From positions 1 through 46,089 of IMG/VR virus record IMGVR_UViG_3300025398_000034: a stretch of 46,089 nt of DNA. The stretch is one strand, 5' to 3'. Of the stretch, positions 1 to 9,611 are shown in pieces. Source of the stretch: a virus. Lineage: Duplodnaviria > Caudoviricetes. Below the pieces are notes generated by a model that was given only the letters and a program-made list of their open reading frames with translations, was not told the origin of the DNA and searched no databases. Numbering within the stretch: position 1 is the stretch's first letter; the number at the start of each line of letters is the position of its first letter. The position numbers and the translations under genes were made by a program.

Positions 1-15
1 AAGGATGGATGACTG

Positions 16-42
16 AAAAAAAGGGGGGCACTAAGACCCCCC
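16..42 (-). terminator. Rho-independent terminator at the end of the ejection-protein operon
   Basis: Minus strand reads GGGGGG-tcttagtg-CCCCCC-TTTTTTT, about 20 nt after the stop of 62..1807. Confidence 0.85.
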
Positions 43-61
43 AAAACCCTCTTTGCAACTG

Positions 62-1807
62 CTAGGGATTCGTTTGTATTGGTGGCTCTAGATCGGGTTG
101 AGCACCTTGGATGCCACCCAATGCAGATAGACCACCGGTCACATAAGGTGATGCCTTCTGAAAGACTTCAGGCCGCTTAGTGGCTAAGTTAGTCAACATC
201 TTCATTCCTACTGGGGAATAAGCGCCAGATGCAATAAGGGATTTGATTGCTAAAGCCCCTAGAGCAGGCGATCCAACACCAGTTGCTCCTGCACCACCAA
301 GCCCCATGGCCAGTTTCTGCCACATAGCCCTATCTGCGGTATTGCTGTTAGGAACAGTTCCACCCATGACGTTTTGTGCAAGCTTTGCCTCGTTAGAAAA
401 CTTGCCCAAGCCAGACGCTGTTTGTTTGCGTCCTGCGGCTTGTTGTACGGCACTGCTAAATTGGTCAGGCGAGAATACTCCTTCGTCTGCACCTTTTCTA
501 GATGACGCAGTTTCAAGCACCTTATTATTCTTAAATACCTCGTGCGTATTGGCAATTTGTTTTGCAACAGCAGGGTTTTGATATGCCATTTCAGACCGGA
601 GACTTCTTAAAATACTCTCATAGCCAAAACCAAGGTCTTCGTGACCCTTTTCAAAAGCTTCGTTTGCCCTACTACTCAAATACTTTTCCATTGAGCGATA
701 GTCCTTGCCACCAATTAATTGACCCTTTTGCATCGGTTCAATAATGTTTTTGATGACATCTTTTTTCAACTGAGATGCGTAGTCTGGGATAAACGGCGAA
801 TAGTTATTCAGCGCCTCCTCTATACGTCCAGAAGTAGTTTTTCCAGTCGAGTCAAGTAAATTGGTTCTAAAGACATTGTTGTTTGCTATATCGTCATATG
901 ACTTATTAATTTGTTCATTAATAAATTGATTAGTTTCATGTCCTGCTTTAATGTTTTCAGGAACAGTAATTCCCAAAGGAGCTAGAGCTTTGTTGGCTAT
1001 GGCTTTATTGAATCCCTTAAACGTGTTTCTAACGCCACTGGCCATGATGTCACCCAATATAGGCACACTGGACATTTTCTTTTCACCTTCACGCAAAGCA
1101 CCACCAACAATAGGCATATCACCCATTAATTGACCGATTGTGAATCGATCCATGCCCATGTCCATCAACTTCTTGATTTCATCTGAAACAACAGGCTTTG
1201 TCAGCATTTGACCGACTTTACCAAGCCCTGCACCCATAGCCGTTGATGAAGCTAGTTGCATTGGCTTTTCTTCTGAGAACTCGCCTTTTCCTTCAGTTGG
1301 CGTTAAAGCACCCGCTGTAAGACCGCCTGCACCTGATTTGAATAAGGTAGATCCACCCAAGGCAGGAACCTTGCCTGCTAACTGGAATGCCTTGCCTGCC
1401 ACGGGGCCAACAGTTGCGCCCTCGCCAATCATAGAACCCAAAGAAGAAACAGCAGGATAAGAAATGTCGGCGGCGTGTTGCTTGGCCTCCCGAACCATCT
1501 GGGCAGGCTTTCTGTATCCAACATACTCAGCCAATGCCGCAGGTATAGATGCCGCCCCTGCCAAACTTGACTCACCAAGAGCCATGGGTATATTTGCAGA
1601 TCGCTCTGTGTCTTGCACAGCCCTGCGGCCAGTCATTTGAGGGAACACACCAGTCGCGGCTCCTCCACCAGTAGTTTCTACTGGAGTTGCTGTTTTCTTA
1701 GCATTAGGGAGAATATCTGTTTCTATGGCGTGGGTGATCTGCTTGTCACTGAAATTATCAGGGAAGTCAACATCACCAACACCCTCAACGTGTACTGTTT
1801 GTGCCAT
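62..1807 (-). CDS. Putative DNA ejection / internal virion protein (P22 gp16-like position), 581 aa
   Basis: Last gene after the tail hub; Gly/Ala-rich amphipathic segments, helical core, hydrophobic C-terminal stretch (LAMGLGGAGATGVGSPALGALAIKSLIASG). Confidence 0.6.
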   Translation of the reverse strand: MAQTVHVEGVGDVDFPDNFSDKQITHAIETDILPNAKKTATPVETTGGGAATGVFPQMTGRRAVQDTERSANIPMALGESSLAGAASIPAALAEYVGYRKPAQMVREAKQHAADISYPAVSSLGSMIGEGATVGPVAGKAFQLAGKVPALGGSTLFKSGAGGLTAGALTPTEGKGEFSEEKPMQLASSTAMGAGLGKVGQMLTKPVVSDEIKKLMDMGMDRFTIGQLMGDMPIVGGALREGEKKMSSVPILGDIMASGVRNTFKGFNKAIANKALAPLGITVPENIKAGHETNQFINEQINKSYDDIANNNVFRTNLLDSTGKTTSGRIEEALNNYSPFIPDYASQLKKDVIKNIIEPMQKGQLIGGKDYRSMEKYLSSRANEAFEKGHEDLGFGYESILRSLRSEMAYQNPAVAKQIANTHEVFKNNKVLETASSRKGADEGVFSPDQFSSAVQQAAGRKQTASGLGKFSNEAKLAQNVMGGTVPNSNTADRAMWQKLAMGLGGAGATGVGSPALGALAIKSLIASGAYSPVGMKMLTNLATKRPEVFQKASPYVTGGLSALGGIQGAQPDLEPPIQTNP

Positions 1808-1808
1808 G

Positions 1809-3458
1809 TTATTGCTCCACTAAGCCTTTACCTTGAACGTAAACTTTTCTTTTAGGTGCTCCAGTAGGAGTTGGTGTACTTGACTTGCCTTCAGCGTCAG
1901 GTTCGCCATAAACTGGTTTTTCACCACGCTGAATGCGTTTAATATTTTCCATACCTTGATCCATCTTTTTATTGATGTAATCAAATTGCTTTTCTTGTTC
2001 GGCATAAGAAAGTCCGGGATCGATTGCCGCAAGTGCATTGGCAACCTGTGCTCCCTCTTTATTAGACAAAGCACCCAAACCACGCATTTGCTGTACTTGC
2101 GACAAGAACGCTTGGCTTTTTAATACGCCAACATTGGCCATAAAACCATATTGGCTTGTGCCTCTAACATTTTGCAAAGGATTGTAAGAAGTCAAACCAC
2201 TCATGCGTCCTTCATGACTTCTGACTTCGTTTACTTTATCCTTCATGGATTGCATGGTTTGATACTGTGTTTCTAAAGCTTGATCACGTTTTTCTTGTTT
2301 TTCATCTTTTTTGTCTTGTGCGGCTTGTTTTGCTAAATCAAGCCTTTCTTTGGCCATAGACTCCATAATAGCCTTGCCCTGACCTTGTAAAGCCAAACTC
2401 ATGTTCTTAAAGGTTTCATTAGAAGCCAATTGAGCATTTTTATCCATGCTTGATGTAGCCATAGACAACAGATGTTGGGCAAGCGTATTGGCCTTATCCT
2501 CGTCCATGATGCCACTCTTATATTGCTTGGCGTACTGTTCTGCGGCTTGCTTTATTGCAGGGCCAGATTTGCCCAATTGATCTGCCATCAATGATAAAGC
2601 ATCAAAAGGCGTACCCGTACTGGCGCTTGTGGCCAACATACCATTCTTACGCATTTCGCCCACTGTTTTAGCATACTTCTCAGCAGATGCCAATGGATCA
2701 CCAGTGAGTCTGGCGTAGTCTTGGAAGGCCATAGGATTGAGAGTAAACCCAACTTTTGGCTTGCCGTTCTCGTCCATTGTTGTGGTAGATTCCAACACTT
2801 TTGAGCCTGCTTCTTGCAAAGCTCGTTGTTTTTGCTCTGTTTGAGCTTGTTGTAGAAATTTGGGGTCTCTGAGAACAGATGCCAATCTCATGGCAATTCT
2901 TGGATCCATTTCTAGACCAGTCTTGCCTTCCTTGTACAACTGACCCATTAAGTTTTGAGATTCTTTTTCGCGCTCATTCTCAGAGGCGGCCTTGGCCAAT
3001 GCCATTCGAGCTTGCACATTAGAGATGTCATTCTTTTGCATCTGACCCTGTGCATTGCCCACCTCTTCGGCCACATTACCAAGGGATTCAGAAAAGCTAC
3101 CAGTCTTAGTGGGTCTAAAAAAGCCACGAGACATTGCCAACCCCATAGGATTGAAAGTATCTTTTTGGCTTAATAAGTCCTGAAGCTTACTTTGAGCATC
3201 TTCAAAAATCTTGTCGTATTTGTTGGTGTATGGCTCAACTCCTGTTGCCAAAGGAGCAGAAGCAACTGGAGGTGCAACTTGAGGCTCAACTGCAGGCTGT
3301 GGTGGAGGTGCAGGAGGAGTCAATGGCGGCTGTAGTGGAGGCTGTCCACCCATAGGTGGAGCGCCAGTCACTTGGCTCATGATGTCGTTACTAGTTGAGA
3401 AGAGAGCCTTATTAGGATCTCCACCACCGATAAGATTGGGTTGAATAGGTAATGGCAT
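1809..3458 (-). CDS. Putative DNA transfer/ejection protein (P22 gp20-like), 549 aa
   Basis: Coiled-coil rich; C-terminal AFLSQVQQMRGLGALSNKEG resembles the gp20-type DNA transfer protein C-terminus; Pro-rich N-terminus. Confidence 0.6.
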   Translation of the reverse strand: MPLPIQPNLIGGGDPNKALFSTSNDIMSQVTGAPPMGGQPPLQPPLTPPAPPPQPAVEPQVAPPVASAPLATGVEPYTNKYDKIFEDAQSKLQDLLSQKDTFNPMGLAMSRGFFRPTKTGSFSESLGNVAEEVGNAQGQMQKNDISNVQARMALAKAASENEREKESQNLMGQLYKEGKTGLEMDPRIAMRLASVLRDPKFLQQAQTEQKQRALQEAGSKVLESTTTMDENGKPKVGFTLNPMAFQDYARLTGDPLASAEKYAKTVGEMRKNGMLATSASTGTPFDALSLMADQLGKSGPAIKQAAEQYAKQYKSGIMDEDKANTLAQHLLSMATSSMDKNAQLASNETFKNMSLALQGQGKAIMESMAKERLDLAKQAAQDKKDEKQEKRDQALETQYQTMQSMKDKVNEVRSHEGRMSGLTSYNPLQNVRGTSQYGFMANVGVLKSQAFLSQVQQMRGLGALSNKEGAQVANALAAIDPGLSYAEQEKQFDYINKKMDQGMENIKRIQRGEKPVYGEPDAEGKSSTPTPTGAPKRKVYVQGKGLVEQ

Positions 3459-3467
3459 TATTAATCC

Positions 3468-4568
3468 TTAATCAAATCCAGTTATGACTTCTTTTCCAGT
3501 TGAATCTACAGTTTCGCCAGTCACTGGATCAATATGCACTTCCCCAATAGGATTGCTTCCACCTGCGTGAGTTAGATCTGTAGGAATTACCGTACCGGGT
3601 GTAGTCACCCCTGAATTAAAGTTTGACAACAATGTATTTGGATCATTTTTACCAGTCAAACCAAACGCACTCAAAAGCCCTTGTGCGGCACTTGTTCCAC
3701 CACTATTAGAGCCAAACAACGAAGCCAAACCTGCAATCTGTGACAATGGCGATGCACCATAGCTACTGGCAGGCCCAGTCGAGGTTGTATTCGTAGTAGT
3801 GGGAATCGTGTAGCCTCTAAGCAACTGAGCCACATTTGTAGCATTGCTCAAGGGTGCATTAATCATAGCTTGAGTCTGAGCTTGACCTTGAGAACCCAAA
3901 GTGGATGCCTCATTCAAACCTGCAACCGTGGCATTCATTGTGCCCGTACCAATGTTACCTTGAGTGCCTGCAATACTTCCAAGATTTTGTTGGTTTTGCA
4001 AAGCATTAGTAGCGGCTTGATTATAGGCGTTGTAGTTGTTTGTGGCCTCTTGTCCTAGCAAACCTGTCTGAATGTTACCCAAAGCTTGCCCAGTGGCGTT
4101 TAAGGCGCGGCTTGAGCCTGCATTGCCTGAACCTGCAAAAAAGGACTGTAGACCCGGCAACACCGTTTGGTTAATGTTATTTGTATTTGCAGTCTCTAAA
4201 GCCTTATTGAGGTTGGCCACCTCGGGGTTATAAAGATTAGAAATTGCGGTTGGACTAAATGCATTTGTTGCATTTGTTGCTGTGGCGGCCGCAGAAGTAA
4301 GTGGACTCAACGCACCTTGTAATGCATTGGCTGAATTGGCTTGTCCTAATTCAGTGCCAAAAACTTGATTTTGTAAGGTAGTTAATGGTGCAACTAAAGG
4401 CTGACCTTCGGCTATATTGCCTGCAAGTGTTTGTTGAGGGTTTAGAGCTTGCGTTCCTGCTGTACCCAATGCGCTTAAAAAACCCGCATATTGAGATGGC
4501 GCAATAGTTTGCGATGTACCTGTGGTAGTTACATTGGGAGGTGCAATGCCTGAGAAAATGTCTGCCAT
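3468..4568 (-). CDS. Putative DNA transfer/pilot protein (P22 gp7-like), 366 aa
   Basis: Q/N/A/G/T-rich helical composition, hydrophobic C-terminal segment SPLSQIAGLASLFG, position in the ejection cluster. Confidence 0.55.
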   Translation of the reverse strand: MADIFSGIAPPNVTTTGTSQTIAPSQYAGFLSALGTAGTQALNPQQTLAGNIAEGQPLVAPLTTLQNQVFGTELGQANSANALQGALSPLTSAAATATNATNAFSPTAISNLYNPEVANLNKALETANTNNINQTVLPGLQSFFAGSGNAGSSRALNATGQALGNIQTGLLGQEATNNYNAYNQAATNALQNQQNLGSIAGTQGNIGTGTMNATVAGLNEASTLGSQGQAQTQAMINAPLSNATNVAQLLRGYTIPTTTNTTSTGPASSYGASPLSQIAGLASLFGSNSGGTSAAQGLLSAFGLTGKNDPNTLLSNFNSGVTTPGTVIPTDLTHAGGSNPIGEVHIDPVTGETVDSTGKEVITGFD

Positions 4569-7378
4569 TATTTTTTCCTACCTTTCAAGTAATCTAAGGG
4601 TGATTTTAGAGCATCTGGGGCTAAATCGCTAGGCTTTGCCGACCTAGCTCTGTTCCTGATGGAATGCATCATTTCGTACAGTTTTTGAGTTCCTGCCTTG
4701 GTAGATCCATTGCCAAGGGCGGCCACTACGTCAGCAGGAAAGACAAACTCCCCATCAGCCAACATCGCAGGGATATCGTCTGAAGTGCCATCCCCATGGC
4801 CTGCCACATGAGCACCATGCCTAAAGTCGTGCCTGCCATCTGGCCTTGGTATTGACCCTAAAGGGGTAGGAACGCCACCCGTTTTGAGGGGTTGTCCTTC
4901 CATAGAAGGAGCTTGATAGTTCTCAGTCAACATCTGTTCAACAGAAGGCAAATTCTGCCCATATTTGTAATATGGCTGTTCACCTTGAGCTTGGGATCTT
5001 TGTTGAAGCATTTGGAGTAATTTGGGATCAATGTTATCTTGCATGGCTTTCTCGCTTGTTTGTCCTTTGGAAACGATATCCTGTAGTCCTTTTAGGACAT
5101 TTTTGAAAGAATCTTGTGTCATCAATGTATGTAGTAAATGGGGGCTTAAATCCAAAGGCGTTGGAGCGCCACTTACACCACTTGGTTGCGTTGAGGCCGA
5201 TAGTGATGGAGTTACTTTAGTTGTAGAAGTAGGAGTTGGTGTCGGAGTAGGCGTTGGAGTAGGTGTAGGGGTGGGGGTAGGTGTTGAGGTTTTTGTGTCA
5301 ATCTTTGTATCAGGTTTTGTATCAATTACTGTGTTGTCTATAACAGTATCTGCAGGCAACTTTTGACCAGTAACAGTAACATTATTTAATTTAAGAGCAT
5401 TAGGATCTTCAGTAACATCAGGGTTGACATAAACTCCATCCACAGTGTCATTGGCTAATTTTTGACCAGTAACGGTAACTTGCCCCAAATCAGGCACTGA
5501 TTTTCCAGTAACCGTTACAGGATTTAAAACAGTATTATCAGTTGTGTCATCAGCTAATTTTTTACCAGTAACTGTAACTTTTGGTATGCTCAAAGCATTG
5601 GGGTCAGCAACAACATTATCTGTAGATTCAGTTCCACCAGTACCACTAACCACAACAGGTTCTGCAGAAAGTGAAGTTTGATTACTAGGTGTAACCTTGG
5701 TATCTAAAATTGCGTCATTTTCAGCCAAGTTAGCATTGCCACTTGTTGACTTGGTATCTAATATGGCATCATTGGCCTTCATTTCAGTGTTGGCATTGGC
5801 CTCGGCTTTAATTAATGCTTTGACCTCATTAGTACCTGCGGCAATGGCGGCATTGATGGCTGTCTGTGTTGGATTTGCTCCTGCAAGAGTTCCACCAATA
5901 ATTTTGTTAACAGCAGATTGCGCCGCAGGACTCAGAGTGCTGTAGCCGGGTATCTGTGCTCCCACCATAGGTACAGCAGAACTTATACCTCCTGCCAACA
6001 ATGCTGTGAGTGGGTCTGCTTTCCCCTGAGTCATAATCTCAGCAGATGTTAATCCTTTGGTTGCACCAGATGCAATCGTACCCAAGTTATTAGCTATTGC
6101 ACCGTTTGGCAAAATGTCAGTAAGAGTATCACCAACAAAATTGCCAACCGTATTGGGAACACCTTTTTTCAACAAAAGTTGTGCTTCATCTGACATATCA
6201 GCAAAGCCGGGTATTAATGAGGCAGAATTTCCCAATCCAGTCGTAAGCGCACTTAGTCCTGCACTGGTCAAACCTTTGGCTAGATTACCAGTTTCGATGG
6301 CTGTTGTTGCACCACTGACTAAAGGCAAAAATTCAGGCGCAAAGATGGCAGTGGCTATCGAGGGAATTGGCCCCAAGTCTTTGAGTGTATTTTTAATGAA
6401 TCCACCACTTTGACCGCCCTGAGAAATGACTTGCTTACCATAATCTTGAATAGGAGAAACTATTCCAGTGCTAGGATCTGCCAATACAATAGTGTGAATA
6501 ATTCCACCATCAGATGAATATGTCTGCAAATCATATTGATTGTCGCCAAGCGGCTTTATGGTATCAACAGGCAATGGTTTACCATCTGGGCCAAGTAAAG
6601 CAGGCGTATCACTTGTTGTTGATATACCAGTCTCAGGATCAGTTGAGACTACAGGATTTGTTCCTATTTTCGTGTTGCCGTATTGAATGGCTTGGTAAGT
6701 TGTAGCAAAGTTAGGAACAACACTTGCAGTGTGTGGATCTGTTTGAGTAGGAGCACCTGAATATTCAGCAGTTTGTGATCCAGTTGGACTTGCAATGTTG
6801 TATTGCTGTTGTACGTAATCTTGATTTATATTCAATGCAGTTGCCAATTGACTTGGACTAATATGATTCTTGTCCATTGCACTGGCAACATCAGCATAAG
6901 TACCGCCACTATCCAATATAGACTTTGCTGTACTTGCAATTTGATCATTCAATGATGGTGCAGGTGTAGGTGTAGGGGTTGGTGTAGGAGTTGGACTGGG
7001 CGTAGGAGTAACTAAGTTTCCTTTTCCAACCATGCTTTCAAACTGGCTCATCGCAGGAGATACAGGCGTTGGAGTAGGCGTTGGAGCGGGTAATCCACCC
7101 AATGCAACTTGATTTGCATATGATGGAGCTTGCGCCTGAGATATATTCCCACTAGAAAGGCCATTAAGAACTGAGGCGGCGGTTAGAGGGGGCGCTCCAG
7201 TTAAAGAATTGTAGTTACTACCAATAGTTCCCACATCAGTCCCATAATGCTGTGCAAGAGCTTGGGACATATCAGAAGTTAATCCACCATTGGATTGCAC
7301 TGCCTTGGCAACATCTGATGTTGATGCAGTGGGGTTAGCCGCAAAATATTGGGCAACAATGTCTGAAGTTGTTGTCAT
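4568..7378 (-). CDS. Putative internal virion/ejection protein with Pro-Thr linkers, VTVTG repeats and a C-terminal GDGTSDDIPAMLADGEFV module, 936 aa
   Basis: Long ORF with overlapping start/stop junctions to both neighbours; motifs read directly from the translation. Confidence 0.6.
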   Translation of the reverse strand: MTTTSDIVAQYFAANPTASTSDVAKAVQSNGGLTSDMSQALAQHYGTDVGTIGSNYNSLTGAPPLTAASVLNGLSSGNISQAQAPSYANQVALGGLPAPTPTPTPVSPAMSQFESMVGKGNLVTPTPSPTPTPTPTPTPAPSLNDQIASTAKSILDSGGTYADVASAMDKNHISPSQLATALNINQDYVQQQYNIASPTGSQTAEYSGAPTQTDPHTASVVPNFATTYQAIQYGNTKIGTNPVVSTDPETGISTTSDTPALLGPDGKPLPVDTIKPLGDNQYDLQTYSSDGGIIHTIVLADPSTGIVSPIQDYGKQVISQGGQSGGFIKNTLKDLGPIPSIATAIFAPEFLPLVSGATTAIETGNLAKGLTSAGLSALTTGLGNSASLIPGFADMSDEAQLLLKKGVPNTVGNFVGDTLTDILPNGAIANNLGTIASGATKGLTSAEIMTQGKADPLTALLAGGISSAVPMVGAQIPGYSTLSPAAQSAVNKIIGGTLAGANPTQTAINAAIAAGTNEVKALIKAEANANTEMKANDAILDTKSTSGNANLAENDAILDTKVTPSNQTSLSAEPVVVSGTGGTESTDNVVADPNALSIPKVTVTGKKLADDTTDNTVLNPVTVTGKSVPDLGQVTVTGQKLANDTVDGVYVNPDVTEDPNALKLNNVTVTGQKLPADTVIDNTVIDTKPDTKIDTKTSTPTPTPTPTPTPTPTPTPTSTTKVTPSLSASTQPSGVSGAPTPLDLSPHLLHTLMTQDSFKNVLKGLQDIVSKGQTSEKAMQDNIDPKLLQMLQQRSQAQGEQPYYKYGQNLPSVEQMLTENYQAPSMEGQPLKTGGVPTPLGSIPRPDGRHDFRHGAHVAGHGDGTSDDIPAMLADGEFVFPADVVAALGNGSTKAGTQKLYEMMHSIRNRARSAKPSDLAPDALKSPLDYLKGRKK
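5226..5285 (-). repeat. Coding (Thr-Pro)n repeat; further copies at about 6960-7010 and 7066-7090
   Basis: TPTPTPTPTPTPTPTPTPT in the 936-aa protein; synonymous codons vary, so it is kept at protein level. Confidence 0.9.
5355..5665 (-). repeat. Five copies of a VxV(T/S)G peptide motif
   Basis: EPVVVSGT, IPKVTVTGKK, LNPVTVTGKS, LGQVTVTGQK, LNNVTVTGQK; DNA ccagtaacNgt recurs four times. Confidence 0.85.
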
Positions 7379-7617
7379 GATGAACTTGTTACTCTCATTG
7401 AATTAGATAAAGCAAACGCCCAATCTTGCCAAGTTTCAAATCCTCTAGAATCTGGTACGCCTGATTGTGAAAAATAGCCAATACCACTAATTGCATCAGC
7501 CCAAATTTGCCATTGATCTTCTGGTATGGTTCCAAGTTGATTGGCCGCAAATTGCTCTGCAGTCCGCGCACACCACAAGTCCCATTCCATGTTTCTAGGA
7601 TCAAGTGTGACGGCCAT
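7375..7617 (-). CDS. Hypothetical Trp-rich virion-region protein, 80 aa
   Basis: Start overlaps the upstream stop (TAATG); stop overlaps the next ATG (ATGA). Confidence 0.7.
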   Translation of the reverse strand: MAVTLDPRNMEWDLWCARTAEQFAANQLGTIPEDQWQIWADAISGIGYFSQSGVPDSRGFETWQDWAFALSNSMRVTSSS

Positions 7618-9611
7618 TATGGGTTTCCAGTCCCACGTACATCGCCAACTGTGAAGGAAATCAAAACTTTACCCATTTGGTAATTGCCGCCATATGTGTT
7701 TGACTCAAAATGCAACCGCATCTCACGGCGTTGCTCTTTCATGTCAATCTTTAATGTGCCGGGATCAAAGTTATACATCACAGAAGGTTGATCAACATCA
7801 TCTGCATAACCTCTACCTGTAATCACCAATTGCATAGTTCCATACTGTACAAAGTCAGGCTCAACTCGCTCCACTCTTGACCATAGGTTATCGCCGGGTT
7901 GCTGTGTCGTACCAACTAAAGATCCCAAATAACCAATTGCGGGAGTCTCAAAATAACTACGAACAGCATCAACAGTGGTCAAATAAACCCTATCTGCACC
8001 AGATTCATGTTGCCACAATGGATAAACATAAATGTACATGGCCGTAGAGGTAATGGCAGTATAGGAATTATTAAGCGTATAAGTTCCTGTATTTCCTGTT
8101 CCTGTACCTAAAGCAGTGATGTATGTGTTTATTTGGTATGGATTACTGGTTTGACTTGAAAAAGTAATAACCTGACCAACACTGAGTGTGCCTTGGGTAA
8201 CTGCAGTCACCGTTAAGGTTGTGCCGGAAATACTACCTGTAAAAGTGGTTGCTAAAATTGGGTTTGTATCTCCCCAAATAGGCTTTGGAAAAACTTCTGT
8301 ATAAGTTCCTGCTGATCTCTGCGCTCCAATAGCCTGACCTGCATCGTACCAAGTCTTCTCTCTGACGTTATAGACAATTGCATCTGTACACTCAGTAGCC
8401 GTACCACGTGGGTAAAACCACCAAATCTCACCATAGCGACTGACCTTAGTACACCAAACTTTTTGTCTTTGTGCAAAGTTAATATTGTCAAAGAAATAGT
8501 TCTGATTGACTGCATTGGGGATCTCTTGTACAACACCGTTATACATTAGGAATCGGTCAATACCTACCCAATAAAAGATACCATCATATTCAATGACTGA
8601 ACTTGAAGACATAATGGATGTTTGACTAGAAATCAAGTCATAAGTCCAATACGAGGTCGCTGTAGTGCCTCCAACCGTAATTGAGGTGGGGGCATAGGCA
8701 ACCCTAATTAAAGCGTCCAAAGCCCAGAATAGACCCGATGGCGAGGTTGTACCGCCCCTAACAGGCAGACCCTTGACAATCTTACCTGTGGCCACGTTAT
8801 TGGCGTTAGAGACGGCAGAACCAAAGTCTGTATAGTCTGCCGATCCACTATTTTGAATTAATCCGTTATTGCCAAAAACAAATAAGTAAGGATGGATAAT
8901 TACTGCGCCACCTGAAACAGCTATGTTGTTATCAAATGTTACCGTGGTGGATCCAGAGCCAGTTGCGGCGGCGCTCATGGTAACTGTTGTACCAGAGACT
9001 GACACCACATAAGCTCCTGTTGCCATATAGGTTCCAGTAAGCGTCTGGCCTGATGCAATTCTTATATTGGATGCACTTAAAGTTAAAGTGGTTGTACCGT
9101 TGGCCGTAGCTGTTTGGGTAAAAACACCAACTTTGCTCATCGAGAGCGAACCAGTGCTACCGGGAAACGAGCCATACAGAACAGGCGTATTGACCGTAGA
9201 GTCAATTGCTGTCAAATTCTGGCCGGGATGGGCAATCAGTGTATTGGCACCGCTACCAGAGGAGTTGTATCCAATATCAAACTGCCACAGATTGTTTAAA
9301 TTGTATGAGAAATTAGTTAATGAATACTCGTATGGGCCAGTTCCAGTTCCATCATTGTTTCCTGTGACCCATTGCTCTAAACCATTGGCGTTACCAGATA
9401 CAAGGTAGTTAAGTCCATTAGAGGATGACATCAACATACCGCGAGAAATGCCAGAAGCATTTAAGAAAATAGCTTTGTATCCACCCATCTTACGAGGTCT
9501 GCCACGCTGAAATCTGACCCATTGCCCATCAACATACATGGGCGAGTCAAATTGCGTCCCGTCACGCTGTATGCCGGGCTGTATTTGTAAGGCAACAACC
9601 TTAGCGGTCAA
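7617..9611 (-). CDS. Tail hub/nozzle protein (P22 gp10-like DNA stabilisation protein), 664 aa
   Basis: Beta-rich; motifs [38 protein letters not shown]; lies between adaptor and ejection genes. Confidence 0.65.
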   Translation of the reverse strand: MTAKVVALQIQPGIQRDGTQFDSPMYVDGQWVRFQRGRPRKMGGYKAIFLNASGISRGMLMSSSNGLNYLVSGNANGLEQWVTGNNDGTGTGPYEYSLTNFSYNLNNLWQFDIGYNSSGSGANTLIAHPGQNLTAIDSTVNTPVLYGSFPGSTGSLSMSKVGVFTQTATANGTTTLTLSASNIRIASGQTLTGTYMATGAYVVSVSGTTVTMSAAATGSGSTTVTFDNNIAVSGGAVIIHPYLFVFGNNGLIQNSGSADYTDFGSAVSNANNVATGKIVKGLPVRGGTTSPSGLFWALDALIRVAYAPTSITVGGTTATSYWTYDLISSQTSIMSSSSVIEYDGIFYWVGIDRFLMYNGVVQEIPNAVNQNYFFDNINFAQRQKVWCTKVSRYGEIWWFYPRGTATECTDAIVYNVREKTWYDAGQAIGAQRSAGTYTEVFPKPIWGDTNPILATTFTGSISGTTLTVTAVTQGTLSVGQVITFSSQTSNPYQINTYITALGTGTGNTGTYTLNNSYTAITSTAMYIYVYPLWQHESGADRVYLTTVDAVRSYFETPAIGYLGSLVGTTQQPGDNLWSRVERVEPDFVQYGTMQLVITGRGYADDVDQPSVMYNFDPGTLKIDMKEQRREMRLHFESNTYGGNYQMGKVLISFTVGDVRGTGNP

